DNA of 59,458 bases from a virus. Taxonomy: Duplodnaviria > Caudoviricetes. How positions within the stretch are numbered: the first letter of the stretch is position 1; each line of letters opens with the position of its first letter. The notes beneath the pieces were generated by a model that searched no databases, was not told the DNA's origin, and saw only the letters and a program-made list of their open reading frames with translations. Below are positions 27,212 through 36,608 of this stretch, piece by piece. The position numbers and the translations under genes were made by a program. The stretch spans positions 1 through 59,458 of IMG/VR virus record IMGVR_UViG_3300037246_000768; one strand, 5' to 3'.

Positions 27212-27393
27212 TGCCTGACTTCGAGCGACTTACCGACAAGCTGGCACTCGACTTGGCAAAAACCCCCGAAGAGAGAGCACGCATCAATGCGTATCAGCGC
27301 GGGAAGTACCGAGCACGCAAAGAGGTGGCAATCATTGCAGCAATTACCTGTGCGGTTTGTGTGCTGTTCACATTGAAAGGGTGGTGCGTATGA
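27211..27393 (+). CDS. Small protein with C-terminal TM helix
   Basis: Start MPDFERL coupled to the upstream TAA; ends VAIIAAITCAVCVLFTLKGWCV. Confidence 0.5.
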   Translation: MPDFERLTDKLALDLAKTPEERARINAYQRGKYRARKEVAIIAAITCAVCVLFTLKGWCV

Positions 27394-27617
27394 AGATCAA
27401 CCACGCATGGGCTCGACAGCTCACCAAGGGCGAACTAGCCCACATCACGCTAGACGCTGGGTGTACCTCCTACGCAACGGTGGTGCGCACCATGGAGAAA
27501 GAACAGAAGCTGCTCGACAAGTGGCACGTTGACGAAGCTGACGCGCACGATGGCCCCGTCTTCACTGGTTGCTGGGACTGCGTAACCATCGGCAGGAAGC
27601 TGGGGCTAGTCAAATGA
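27390..27617 (+). CDS. Hypothetical protein
   Basis: Start MKINHAW, ATGA coupled; CWDC motif. Confidence 0.55.
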   Translation: MKINHAWARQLTKGELAHITLDAGCTSYATVVRTMEKEQKLLDKWHVDEADAHDGPVFTGCWDCVTIGRKLGLVK

Positions 27618-27745
27618 CGCTCCCTATCCTCTCCCACACATCCATCGACTACCTGTACCTGCTTGGCGCTTCGTGCTTTTGCGTAGGTTTGGCGCTGGGG
27701 CTCTTGATTGCTGTGTGCGTCAAGCGCTGGGATGGCGACGCATGA
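27614..27745 (+). CDS. Small membrane peptide (43 aa)
   Basis: Hand translation MTLPILSHTSIDYLYLLGASCFCVGLALGLLIAVCVKR..; coupled at both ends. Confidence 0.45.
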   Translation: MTLPILSHTSIDYLYLLGASCFCVGLALGLLIAVCVKRWDGDA

Positions 27746-27978
27746 TTATCACGCAGCACGAGAAGAAGCGCAGCCGTAAGCTCTACTGGGTTCTCCTGCC
27801 AGTCTGCGACGAAGAAGACGGCTACATGGCGGAGCTTTTCATTAAGCCAGAAGTCGCACTCAAGGAATCCCGCTGGGACGCAAAGGCCGGACGTAAGAGC
27901 TATTACACCTACAATGAACCACTCAAAAACGTTATAGAACAGCGGTTTACGCATAACGACGCAGGAGGAGACACCGAC

Positions 27979-29256
27979 ATGGAAGCAATCGACTGGCGAG
28001 AACTGACAGCCAACAGGCTCTACACCGCTGGTGCGCAGGAGCTACGCAAGGCGGCCAGCGCCAAGGCCAAAGAGCTATGGCCGGAGCGTTCACGCACGAT
28101 CATCACGAAGGGGTGGAAGGCTGCGCATTGCAGGAGTTTTTTGCAGAACAACGTCTGGACGTATACCGCAGACGAAGGGCAGCCGAGGGAACAGCTGGAC
28201 ACACCAGCGGAGCGCCACCACGACACACACTTAGAGCGCGAGATACCCACCGAAACGCCTGTGATGACGCCAGAAGAGGTAAATAGAATGCTTGACGACG
28301 AGCCAGAGCCGACCCCCGCACCAGTCAAGGCGAAGAAGACCAAAACCCCACCGCTCGACCCTTCCGACCCAATGGCAGCTATGGCTGCGCTCTTCGCGCC
28401 TTACCTGAATACGAAAGTAGACGAGGAAGACGTGAAGCGCATCGTGCGTGAAGAGGCCGGGCTGCGCCCCAAGCGCGTGGTTATCGACCTGCCAGTGCTA
28501 GACGCAGAGATCGACGCAGGCATCGCGCACGAGTCCTTCCCCCGTCTTCTGTCCTGGCTCGCTATCGGGATGAACGACGCAGAGATCCCCCGCATAAATC
28601 CAATGCTTGTTGGCCCCCCTGGCACTGGCAAGACGCACGCAGCGCACGCAGCGGCGACCGCTTTGAAGCTGGAGTTCTACACGATCAGCGTAGGGGCGCA
28701 GACCACGAAGTCTGACCTTCTGGGATTCGTAGACGCACAGGGGCGCATCGTACGCACGCAGCTGCGCGAAGCATACGAGCATGGCGGAGTTTTCCTGCTA
28801 GACGAGATCGACGCAGGCAATGCGAACGTCTTGACGATCTTGAACGCAGCGCTGGCGAATGGCATTTGCCCTTTCCCCGACAAGCAGATCATCAAGCACG
28901 AGAATTTCAGGTGCGTAGCGGCTGCGAACACCTACGGCAGGGGCGGAGATCGTCTCTTCGTCGGGCGTAACCAGCTAGACGCAGCGAGCCTCGACCGCTT
29001 CACCAATATGTACTGGGACGTGGACGAGCGGCTAGAAGCGCAGCTGGCGCTTGACGCAGATTGGACGAAGTATGTGCAGAAAATGCGCAGGGGCGCACAG
29101 TCTATCAAGGCGAAAGTCGTTATCTCCCCCCGTGCTTCGATCAATGGCGGTTTGCTGGTGAAGCTCGGCGAGAAGTGGGACGACGTAGAAGAGGCGGTAC
29201 TCTTCAAGGGCATCCCCCAGGAGCTACGCGAACAGATCAAGCGCGCAGCCAACTAA
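27979..29256 (+). CDS. MoxR/CbbQ/CobS-type AAA+ ATPase (alternative in-frame start 27742)
   Basis: GPPGTGKT, FLLDEID, AAANTYG, LDAASLDRF; AGGAGG RBS before ATG 27979. Confidence 0.88.
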   Translation: MEAIDWRELTANRLYTAGAQELRKAASAKAKELWPERSRTIITKGWKAAHCRSFLQNNVWTYTADEGQPREQLDTPAERHHDTHLEREIPTETPVMTPEEVNRMLDDEPEPTPAPVKAKKTKTPPLDPSDPMAAMAALFAPYLNTKVDEEDVKRIVREEAGLRPKRVVIDLPVLDAEIDAGIAHESFPRLLSWLAIGMNDAEIPRINPMLVGPPGTGKTHAAHAAATALKLEFYTISVGAQTTKSDLLGFVDAQGRIVRTQLREAYEHGGVFLLDEIDAGNANVLTILNAALANGICPFPDKQIIKHENFRCVAAANTYGRGGDRLFVGRNQLDAASLDRFTNMYWDVDERLEAQLALDADWTKYVQKMRRGAQSIKAKVVISPRASINGGLLVKLGEKWDDVEEAVLFKGIPQELREQIKRAAN

Positions 29257-29257
29257 A

Positions 29258-29311
29258 CTCTGCTGACGAGTCTGGCCGGATACCAGACGAAACGCCGCGA
29301 GGCGTCCAGAG
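29258..29311 (+). ncRNA. Type I hammerhead ribozyme
   Basis: Stem I CTCTG/CAGAG, core CTGACGA, stem II GTCTGG/CCAGAC, GAAA, stem III CGCC-GCGA-GGCG, GTC cleavage triplet. Confidence 0.9.
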
Positions 29312-29344
29312 AATCCGATAACGACCACATAGAAAGGGCAAACC

Positions 29345-30193
29345 ATGAGACAGCAAGGCGAAAGGGTTGAAGAGCTAAAAGACCGCTACGCTATCCACAC
29401 CAGCGGCCTTCACGACTGCATGAGCATTTGCGAGGAGGCGGTTGCCAACACTGAGCGCAAGACGCAATACTCTGCGGAAGGGGGCTATGAGCGTACGAGC
29501 TTCACCAAGACGCGAGACTGGGCGCACTGCTTAGAACTGGCGCGCACTGGATGGGACGAGGGCAGGGGCAAGCTGCAAACCGAATTTGACAAGCTACACG
29601 GTGACGGCGACGTGCCTGAAAACGCTTCCTACTCATGGCAGGAACAAGGCGAGTTCTTTGATATGGGCGCGGTAATGAGCGGCGAGCCTGAGTGCTGGAT
29701 GGTTTGCGACCAAGACCCTAAGCGGCAGGTTTGGAAGATTACCGCAAATATAGGAATGTCAGCCGTTATCCCCGCAGCAAGCGCGACACACCGCGGCGCA
29801 GCTATCATGGCGCTAGTTGAAGCGCTACAAGATCAGGGGCACATAGTAGAATTAGAGGCAGTCGATGGGGCGAGAAACTGGAGCGAAAGATACAAAAAGC
29901 CCCTGCACATAACGATACCGCTGGGCATTACCCCCTTAGACCTAGGCACCGCCGCCTTCGTCCTCGCGCATCCCAGCATGTCACGCAGGGTAGTCTACGC
30001 ATTAACCGAGTATTCAGACACCCAGGAAGGGAACAGCCATTACGGAGCGCCATGGGACGCGCCCGAATGCAAGACCGACATCGCAAAGCGCACCATCTAC
30101 ATCGACGCCAAAAACGACACCTGGAGAAAATTCAAAACCATGAACGGCGCACGCAGCTGGCTCAAGGAGTACACCGATTATATTCAGGGCTAG
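29345..30193 (+). CDS. VWA-like partner of the AAA+ ATPase
   Basis: Adjacent to a MoxR ATPase; GEPECW and ANIGMSA..RGAAIMALVEAL beta-alpha pattern; MIDAS degenerate. Confidence 0.6.
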   Translation: MRQQGERVEELKDRYAIHTSGLHDCMSICEEAVANTERKTQYSAEGGYERTSFTKTRDWAHCLELARTGWDEGRGKLQTEFDKLHGDGDVPENASYSWQEQGEFFDMGAVMSGEPECWMVCDQDPKRQVWKITANIGMSAVIPAASATHRGAAIMALVEALQDQGHIVELEAVDGARNWSERYKKPLHITIPLGITPLDLGTAAFVLAHPSMSRRVVYALTEYSDTQEGNSHYGAPWDAPECKTDIAKRTIYIDAKNDTWRKFKTMNGARSWLKEYTDYIQG

Positions 30194-30283
30194 TCTCCCC
30201 CTTGGTTAGTGCCTCGCTCTCAAGGAGCGGGGCGCTGACGAAGCGGTAGACCACAACGACAACCCGAACAGAGGAGAGAAATC

Positions 30284-30634
30284 ATGGCAAAAACAGAGAT
30301 ACCCATTGTCACCATGAGCATCGGCAGCGTTATGTGCGACGCAAAGGGCTGCGGCTACACGCACAGCTTCCCCGAAAAGGCGACCACGGCTAAACAGGTG
30401 AGAGAGTTCGCCTATCGCTGGCTAAACAAACCCTGCCCTGACTGCGGCGCAAACCTTCTAACTGAGGCAGACCACGCAGCGGTGATTAAAATGGCGTCAG
30501 TTCTCGAATTAAGCGAGGTGGTAGGGCCGCTGGTGGGTGCTCTAGCGATTGAGGAGCCGCGCCAAGAGTCCTACAGCGTCAAGATGAAGGGCGACGGCAG
30601 CATCAAGCTCGAACGCAAGGAGAAAACACCTTGA
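30284..30634 (+). CDS. Zn-finger hypothetical protein
   Basis: CDAKGC and NKPCPDCGANLLT motifs; GAGGAG RBS. Confidence 0.6.
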   Translation: MAKTEIPIVTMSIGSVMCDAKGCGYTHSFPEKATTAKQVREFAYRWLNKPCPDCGANLLTEADHAAVIKMASVLELSEVVGPLVGALAIEEPRQESYSVKMKGDGSIKLERKEKTP

Positions 30635-30816
30635 AAATCTACATGGACATCGGGCACATGAAGACGGTCAGAACCGTCAACATCACCAAGGCCACGAAGA
30701 TCGACCCGCACAACATCCGGCTGGATTGCACTGGAGTCGGAGACAGCAAGCTGGAGCTTACCATCACGGTGGGCGAGGCTAAGAGAATCGCATTGACCGC
30801 TGGGGTTATCAGCTAA
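30631..30816 (+). CDS. Hypothetical protein
   Basis: 61 aa, AAGGAG RBS, TTG start. Confidence 0.45.
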   Translation: MKIYMDIGHMKTVRTVNITKATKIDPHNIRLDCTGVGDSKLELTITVGEAKRIALTAGVIS

Positions 30817-31053
30817 ACGCACGCAGACAGGGAGAAAGATCATGGCAGTCCAAGTCAAGTTTATCAGTCACCCGAAAGAGATTACCGACAGGTTGATGAT
30901 GGATATTCAAGTGGATGGCAAGCTGCTCCAAATCTGCATACAGGACGGCATCACTTCTGTCATGTCGGGTTCCCTGATCGTGGCAGAGAAACACGCCGAA
31001 AACCACGTCATCATCATCTAGGCTATCAAACACGCACCAAGGAGGAATAGATT

Positions 31054-31329
31054 ATGGCACGCAAATTTGAGTTAGGCGCATTGGTTGCTACGCACGGCGC
31101 AAGGAACCTCTACGAGGGCAGGCCGGAGGCAGACGTAAGAGCTTTAGTCCTTCGCCACCAATCCGGTGACTGGGGCGACGTATGCGACCAGGACGCAAAG
31201 GCGAACGACCACGCAGTCACGCACGACGAAAGACTGCTATCGAGCTACGAGCTAGGCGGCGAAAAAGTTTGGGTGATAACCGAGTGGGACAGATCCGTCA
31301 CCACCATCCTGCTACCAGCGGAGTATTAG
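31054..31329 (+). CDS. Conserved plasmid/phage small protein (RHxxGDWG..ITEWDRSVTTILLPxEY family)
   Basis: Family motifs read directly; AAGGAGG RBS. Confidence 0.75.
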   Translation: MARKFELGALVATHGARNLYEGRPEADVRALVLRHQSGDWGDVCDQDAKANDHAVTHDERLLSSYELGGEKVWVITEWDRSVTTILLPAEY

Positions 31330-31332
31330 ATC

Positions 31333-31557
31333 ATGGCAAAGTACAGTTACATGGACGAGGTTTGCGGCAACTGCGGCCTCACATACGGCTCACACCACGG
31401 CGGAACCTCACCGCACCCCTACGGCAAGTGCCCAGGACATCAGGGCCGCATGGACTGGGAGAACGGCCCCGGCTACACATTCGACGGAACTGGCACCTAC
31501 GCAAAACTTGAGTGGGGCACACCCGCCAAGCGAGGGCGGAGAGGAGTACCAGCATGA
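31333..31557 (+). CDS. Cys/His-rich hypothetical protein
   Basis: 74-aa ORF, CGNCG..H..C. Confidence 0.5.
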   Translation: MAKYSYMDEVCGNCGLTYGSHHGGTSPHPYGKCPGHQGRMDWENGPGYTFDGTGTYAKLEWGTPAKRGRRGVPA

Positions 31558-31781
31558 GCCACCCAAAAACCAAAGCCGAAAAAGAACTATTCGCCAAGGG
31601 CTACCGGGACGCACGCCGGGGCGCACAAGAGGCCAGCATTCACCCCCAATATTTGAAGGGGTGGAGGCAGGGCGTCAGGTACAAAATCGTACGCACACGA
31701 AACTACCCGTATTGATCTAGCCATCTTCCCTGCCCATCGAGGACGGTGGGCAGCATAGAGAGCTTGACCGTAAGACAATGC

Positions 31782-31810
31782 TTGACAACGCACGACAGCA
31801 CGATTACAAT
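31782..31810 (+). promoter_or_regulatory. Internal early promoter
   Basis: TTGACA-17 bp-TACAAT; preceded by hairpin CTGCCCATCG/CGGTGGGCAG. Confidence 0.8.
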
Positions 31811-31848
31811 GGAGTAGACACCGACTTACCATAGACAGGGAGGCAGAC

Positions 31849-32085
31849 ATGACAGAACTGACAAACAAAAACAAGGCAGGGTTCGCAAGAGACGCGCTGG
31901 ACAGGTACGAAGGAGTCACCGGCTCGGACGAAGACAGCCGCATTATGGATTTGCTCTGCGACTTGATGCACTACTGCGACGCACGCATGGAGAAAGACGA
32001 AGATGCGCGGAGCTTCGGGGGCGAGCTTGAGAGCGCCGAAGTGTATTACCTCGAAGAGATCAAAGAAACCACCAATGAAACTTAA
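31849..32085 (+). CDS. Small helical protein (DLLxDLMH family)
   Basis: 78 aa, GGAGG RBS, IMDLLCDLMHYCD. Confidence 0.6.
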   Translation: MTELTNKNKAGFARDALDRYEGVTGSDEDSRIMDLLCDLMHYCDARMEKDEDARSFGGELESAEVYYLEEIKETTNET

Positions 32086-32186
32086 AGCCCTTTGCGTAGC
32101 AGTATTTATCGCAATCACCTTTGCGTCGGCGCTGACGCTGATGCAGACAATTTCAATCGCGTACCACTAACCAGGAGGAAGTCAAG

Positions 32187-32564
32187 ATGGATGTAAAAAT
32201 GCAGGGGCCTTTCAACGTGACAGGCAAAGAAATACAGGACGCTTGTTTAAAGCTGGAAGAGGTAGCCAAGCTGTTCTCAAACATAACCTACCCGACCGCG
32301 AGAGGCTTGGCGGCTACGATCACTGCGAGCTTGCAGTTCATCGTTTATGAGTGGACTGAGCAGGGATTTAAGGTGCTGACCACCCCGCACAGGACAGCTG
32401 AACTCAACAAGCACTACAAGGCCATGGTTGACGCCGCTGACGAAGCCGTTGGTTTCATCGCCCGAATCAACAACGGCACCTACGAAGACCCCAAGCCCAA
32501 CGCTGGCAGCATGACCGAGGCCGAAGTCAACGATCTTTGGGAGAAAGAACAGAAGGGCAAATAG
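32187..32564 (+). CDS. Hypothetical protein
   Basis: 125 aa, AGGAGG RBS. Confidence 0.6.
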   Translation: MDVKMQGPFNVTGKEIQDACLKLEEVAKLFSNITYPTARGLAATITASLQFIVYEWTEQGFKVLTTPHRTAELNKHYKAMVDAADEAVGFIARINNGTYEDPKPNAGSMTEAEVNDLWEKEQKGK

Positions 32565-32720
32565 CCATGAACACATCTGACCGCTTCGAGCTTATCCACG
32601 AGGTAATACGCAAGGTGCGCGCAGGTGAGGCCACCGGCGAGGAAGCGGGAGCCGAAGCGGTCAGGCTCATGGCTATACCGATACAGCTAGAACTCAAAAA
32701 CGAGAAGGGAGCAGCCGACG

Positions 32721-32903
32721 ATGGCTAAATCTGAACAGATCAACGCAAGGGTGGACATAAACCTCTACCAGAAATTGCAAGACGAAGCAGCCGCGAGGGG
32801 GATTGATATGAGCAACCTCATACGCATCCTGCTTACAAACGCACTGACCCCCGGAACCTTTAAAGAGCCTACGCAGCCGACAGGCGGAGAGGCAGGCGCA
32901 TGA
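32721..32903 (+). CDS. Ribbon-helix-helix (CopG/Arc-like) DNA-binding protein
   Basis: QINARVD..LYQKLQDEAAARGIDMSNLIRILL pattern. Confidence 0.7.
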   Translation: MAKSEQINARVDINLYQKLQDEAAARGIDMSNLIRILLTNALTPGTFKEPTQPTGGEAGA

Positions 32904-33379
32904 AAAAGCAATGCGGAGAAACAGCAGCCAGAGAGTGCCCTATGGCTGACAAATGCACCGACAAGTGCCTGATAACGAAGGGCACGCACGACGCCATGAC
33001 GTTGAGCTACGCAAAGAAGATTCAGGCGTCGGCAGTCCTGCTAAAGCACGGGCCAAGCGCCAAGAGCACAGACTACTGCATCCTCATGACCGACAGGCAG
33101 GTGATGGACACGTACCTGCAATTCTGCGGCATGACCGGCGCGACAATCGACACCATTAGCAAGGCGCTGGAATCACTCGCAGAAGACCCGCCGAATATCG
33201 CAAGCGCGGTCAACAAGCTCAAGCTGACCAGAGAAGGGCTGATCTCCGCTGCGGCGCAAACCGTCGCACCCCTAATCTCCCCTGTCGCCGATCTCGCCCC
33301 CGAAGTAAAGGCGGCGATTGACGCAAAGAAACCCACGGACGATGCTGTTCAAGTCAAGGGCAACGGCACCGAACACTAG
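32900..33379 (+). CDS. Hypothetical protein
   Basis: 159 aa, ATGA coupled. Confidence 0.55.
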   Translation: MKKQCGETAARECPMADKCTDKCLITKGTHDAMTLSYAKKIQASAVLLKHGPSAKSTDYCILMTDRQVMDTYLQFCGMTGATIDTISKALESLAEDPPNIASAVNKLKLTREGLISAAAQTVAPLISPVADLAPEVKAAIDAKKPTDDAVQVKGNGTEH

Positions 33380-33393
33380 AAAGCGAGGACGAT

Positions 33394-33909
33394 ATGACAA
33401 ACCCAAACACCGGCAGCCTCAAAGGCATGAGGTGCCCTAACTGTGGCAGCTATGGCCCCTTCGGCGTGGAAATATCCCTGCGCACAATGATTGAGTACGA
33501 CGACGACGGCAAACCCTTATCGAACGGCGATGAGCCTATCTGGGCAGAAGGCAGCGCGTGCGAATGCGTAGAGTGTGGCCACACCAAGCTCCTGATCGAC
33601 TTCACAGAAGACGCCACCGAAGCACGCCGCGCAGAGATTCACGCGCACTGCAAGGGCCAAGCCCCCTGCCCCGACTGCTCCGTAGTTCCCGGCATGGCGC
33701 ACATCGAGGGCTGCGACATCGAGCGGTGCTCAAGCTGCGGCAGCCAGCGCACAGCCTGCGACTGCGACGACCACGACCCGCTGTTCTCCCGCTGGACTGG
33801 CTTCTGGCCTGGAAGCCTGGAGTCGGAAAAGCTGGGCCTCGACCTCGGCGCGTTTGTCGATGGCGGTGCGTACAAGGCGTTCTTTATCAAGCCGAAGGCG
33901 GTGAGCTAG
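33394..33909 (+). CDS. Multi Zn-finger protein
   Basis: [27 protein letters not shown] motifs. Confidence 0.6.
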   Translation: MTNPNTGSLKGMRCPNCGSYGPFGVEISLRTMIEYDDDGKPLSNGDEPIWAEGSACECVECGHTKLLIDFTEDATEARRAEIHAHCKGQAPCPDCSVVPGMAHIEGCDIERCSSCGSQRTACDCDDHDPLFSRWTGFWPGSLESEKLGLDLGAFVDGGAYKAFFIKPKAVS

Positions 33910-34190
33910 TGAGAGAGCACACTAAAGATGAATATTACGCTGGCAAGGGTTGTACGTGTAATGCGTGGGGGGAGCATGAGTGCTGCTGTGATGCAGATTG
34001 GACTGACCCGCGAATCTACGAGTTGTTGAAGGCGTTGGAGACTGTGGAGTGGGTCGATAGGTTGTCTTCTGATATGCACACGGTAGAGAGGGTCTGCGCG
34101 TGGTGCGGTGGGCTTAGTGTCTTTGTCGGGCACAAGGACGATTGTCCACGGCAAGCCGCCATAGCCAAGGCAAGGGGGATCAAGCCATGA
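33909..34190 (+). CDS. Cys-rich hypothetical protein
   Basis: Likely GTG start overlapping the upstream TAG; CTC, CCC, CAWC..H..C. Confidence 0.45.
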   Translation: MREHTKDEYYAGKGCTCNAWGEHECCCDADWTDPRIYELLKALETVEWVDRLSSDMHTVERVCAWCGGLSVFVGHKDDCPRQAAIAKARGIKP

Positions 34191-34520
34191 GAGACGCCGA
34201 AAGCAAAAACTACTGGGCGCGCAAGCAACGCGTCGCAAACGTCAAAGGTGCGCTGACGATGATCGCCCTTGCGGCGTGCGTATGCATCTTCTTAATCAGC
34301 ACGATAGCGAGGGGATAACCTTGACTTACCAACAGAAAAAAGAACTGCTCGACGAAACCATGGAGCTAATCAAAGCCGCAGCCGAGGAACGGCTGATAAG
34401 CGCTTCGCCGGAGTGGGGGCCGCTGCACATCGTAGCCGTCGTCGCACGCGAGGCGATAACACTGGCAAGCTCGACCCGCGAGGGTAGGATGGCTATGCTG
34501 GACGTGGAGGGATAGAAACA

Positions 34521-34760
34521 ATGAAGGAAATAGTGCATGATTTTCACACCGACGTAATACCGAGCGCCCAAGAAGTTAAGGATGTTTGCAAGCCGGGCGA
34601 AGCCGATTGCTGTATTCAGCTGGTGATGGGTTCTGATGGGTTTGAATGTATGGCCCTAAACCGTATGCCAATAGTCAGCGTCCTCGACCGCTATGCCGCA
34701 GGCGACACCAACGCGAAAAGGTGTGGTTGCGAACATTACCCCGCCGATTGGGGCAAATAA
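34521..34760 (+). CDS. Cys-rich hypothetical protein
   Basis: 79 aa, GGAGG RBS, last gene before the terminator. Confidence 0.55.
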   Translation: MKEIVHDFHTDVIPSAQEVKDVCKPGEADCCIQLVMGSDGFECMALNRMPIVSVLDRYAAGDTNAKRCGCEHYPADWGK

Positions 34761-34817
34761 CCTTAACCCACCACCGGAGGCAAGCTCCTGACAGCCCCTA
34801 GAATCGACGCAACACAC

Positions 34818-34856
34818 AGAAGGGCTCCTCACACACGCGGGGAGCCCTTCTTTTTT
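34818..34856 (+). terminator. Intrinsic terminator at the convergence of two operons
   Basis: AGAAGGGCTCC..GGAGCCCTTCT followed by a T run. Confidence 0.85.
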
Positions 34857-34880
34857 GCTGTTGGTGGTGTGGTGCGTGCG

Positions 34881-35264
34881 TCAGGTGGGGTTTGGCTCCC
34901 ATCCGGGCTTCTCACACTGGGAGCAGTCCTCGATGAAGTCTATGCACAACTCGTAGTGCCCACCACATGACAGCGTATCCGTACAACGAGGACAGGGTGA
35001 CTCAATGTGGCAGCTACAGTCATAGCTTGCCCAATCCTCGTAGCGCATCTTCGGCTTGGCTTTCAGTGTCCGCTCAATTAAGGAGACTGAGGTTTCTATC
35101 AGATCATCTTTCAGCCCATCTACGCCGCCTGTCCACTTGTCAAACCGCTCTCTTTCTTCTTGGGTACACTGGTCGAGCAGTTTCTTTAGCTTAGTTTTTA
35201 GGAAATGCCTCACATCGTTTCTCACCCTACGCTCCCTCCGGTGCGATCTCCCGCACGCTCTCAA
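34881..35264 (-). CDS. Hypothetical protein (true start probably further downstream)
   Basis: ORF with C-terminal CSCH..PCPRC. Confidence 0.45.
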   Translation of the reverse strand: MRACGRSHRRERRVRNDVRHFLKTKLKKLLDQCTQEERERFDKWTGGVDGLKDDLIETSVSLIERTLKAKPKMRYEDWASYDCSCHIESPCPRCTDTLSCGGHYELCIDFIEDCSQCEKPGWEPNPT

Positions 35265-35598
35265 GAACAGTCCCCTCGAAGACCGACTCTATTTTGTGGG
35301 CTACATCCGTCAGCGTAATGTCGAGGAGCGCCCGGTTAGCTTTGGCGATCTCTTCGCTGGCCTGGGCGAAGCTGATTACAACCGCGCCCTTGGCTTTGTA
35401 GTGCTTGAGCCACTTTCCCTTTGCCCCGCAGACGTAGCCCTTCACCTCCTTGGTTTCCGCGTCGCGCAGTTCAGCTACGCATTCGTGGTTGTCGAGCTCC
35501 ACCCATGCACCGAGCGTGCGTAGACCACGGAAGACGGAGAGCGGCACGCCCGACCAAATCTTTCCATCTTTAAATTTGAATATTAGTTCGTCAGCCAT
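35227..35598 (-). CDS. Hypothetical protein
   Basis: 123 aa, GAGGAG RBS. Confidence 0.55.
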   Translation of the reverse strand: MADELIFKFKDGKIWSGVPLSVFRGLRTLGAWVELDNHECVAELRDAETKEVKGYVCGAKGKWLKHYKAKGAVVISFAQASEEIAKANRALLDITLTDVAHKIESVFEGTVLESVREIAPEGA

Positions 35599-35843
35599 TG
35601 AAATATCTCCTCGGCTTCCACTTGTGGCGCTTGGGCTTGGTGGGCTCCGCCTTGTTCAGGGTATCGTCGATCAGCGTGCTCATTTCTTTTTGCATTCTCT
35701 CAAGTGCTGCGTGCGCCTCCGGGTGAACGTACATCGCAATACCCTTCGGCGGGTCGATCTGCGTCAGGAAAAACTCTACCAGATCGCTCCGCCCATGGCT
35801 CATAAGCACGTCTACGATTGCGAGCGCATCTTTGACCTTGCTC

Positions 35844-36578
35844 CTATCCACCGGGCAGCCTTTCCTTGACGGCAGGATCAGGCACGGGGTCGAGGATGGC
35901 CTTGCGCGTAGCTTTGTACCAATCCCGGCACGCACGCAGCATGATCTCTTTGTACTCCTGGTCGAGCAGCCCGAAGCCATGATCGACGGTCATGCACGCA
36001 TCGGAAATCTGTACGGCGGTGAGCTCTTCCGGCATTCCAGCCTCAACGTAGTAGCCAGGATTCACGTACGCAGACGCGTCGGCCTCTTGCATAAAGGCCA
36101 CGCGGCCCATGATACCACGCACCCACGCATACCACTCGCGGTCGGTCTTATCGGCCGGAAAGAGCATGGCCTTTGCGTTCATGTGGCGGTACTCTTCGAT
36201 CTCTCCGCTCAGATTCGCAAGCGGCAAGTAGATCCCCGGCGGCATTAAGCAAGTGCCGAGCTTGTCTGCGTAGCACAGCTTGGAAACCTCCAGCCCTTCG
36301 CTCTTGGCCAGGTGGCGCGAGTGGCCGACGCAGAAATCATACCAGCGCCTGCCGAACAGCGCACCGGCGATGCTCGCGCCTGCGTAGGGGTGCTTCTCAC
36401 CCTCCTTGCCGTCCATGTTCGGGCTGCCAAAGTAGCCCCAGTCGTGGACGACGATGCAGAACCAGACGCGAGGGTCGAAGGGGAAGCCATAGAGCACACA
36501 CCAGCCGATGAAGACAAGGAAGGGGTGCAGGATGAACTGGTGCGCGCCGAAAAGCAGCGACTTGGTTCCTATCTTCAT
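35844..36578 (-). CDS. HD-domain phosphohydrolase-like protein
   Basis: H..VHDWGY..H..HSR..ADKL pattern. Confidence 0.6.
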   Translation of the reverse strand: MKIGTKSLLFGAHQFILHPFLVFIGWCVLYGFPFDPRVWFCIVVHDWGYFGSPNMDGKEGEKHPYAGASIAGALFGRRWYDFCVGHSRHLAKSEGLEVSKLCYADKLGTCLMPPGIYLPLANLSGEIEEYRHMNAKAMLFPADKTDREWYAWVRGIMGRVAFMQEADASAYVNPGYYVEAGMPEELTAVQISDACMTVDHGFGLLDQEYKEIMLRACRDWYKATRKAILDPVPDPAVKERLPGG

Positions 36579-36608
36579 CTGTCTTTCTCCTTCACTGAAC
36601 GAGGTTAA

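Noticed and set aside
27673-29256. Cobalamin biosynthesis (CobS) auxiliary metabolic gene
   Set aside because: Generic MoxR-type ATPase with no other cob genes; a metabolic role is unsupported
30234-30275. Second hammerhead (CTGACGA present)
   Set aside because: No stem II followed by GAAA and no stem III; the heptamer is part of a simple hairpin
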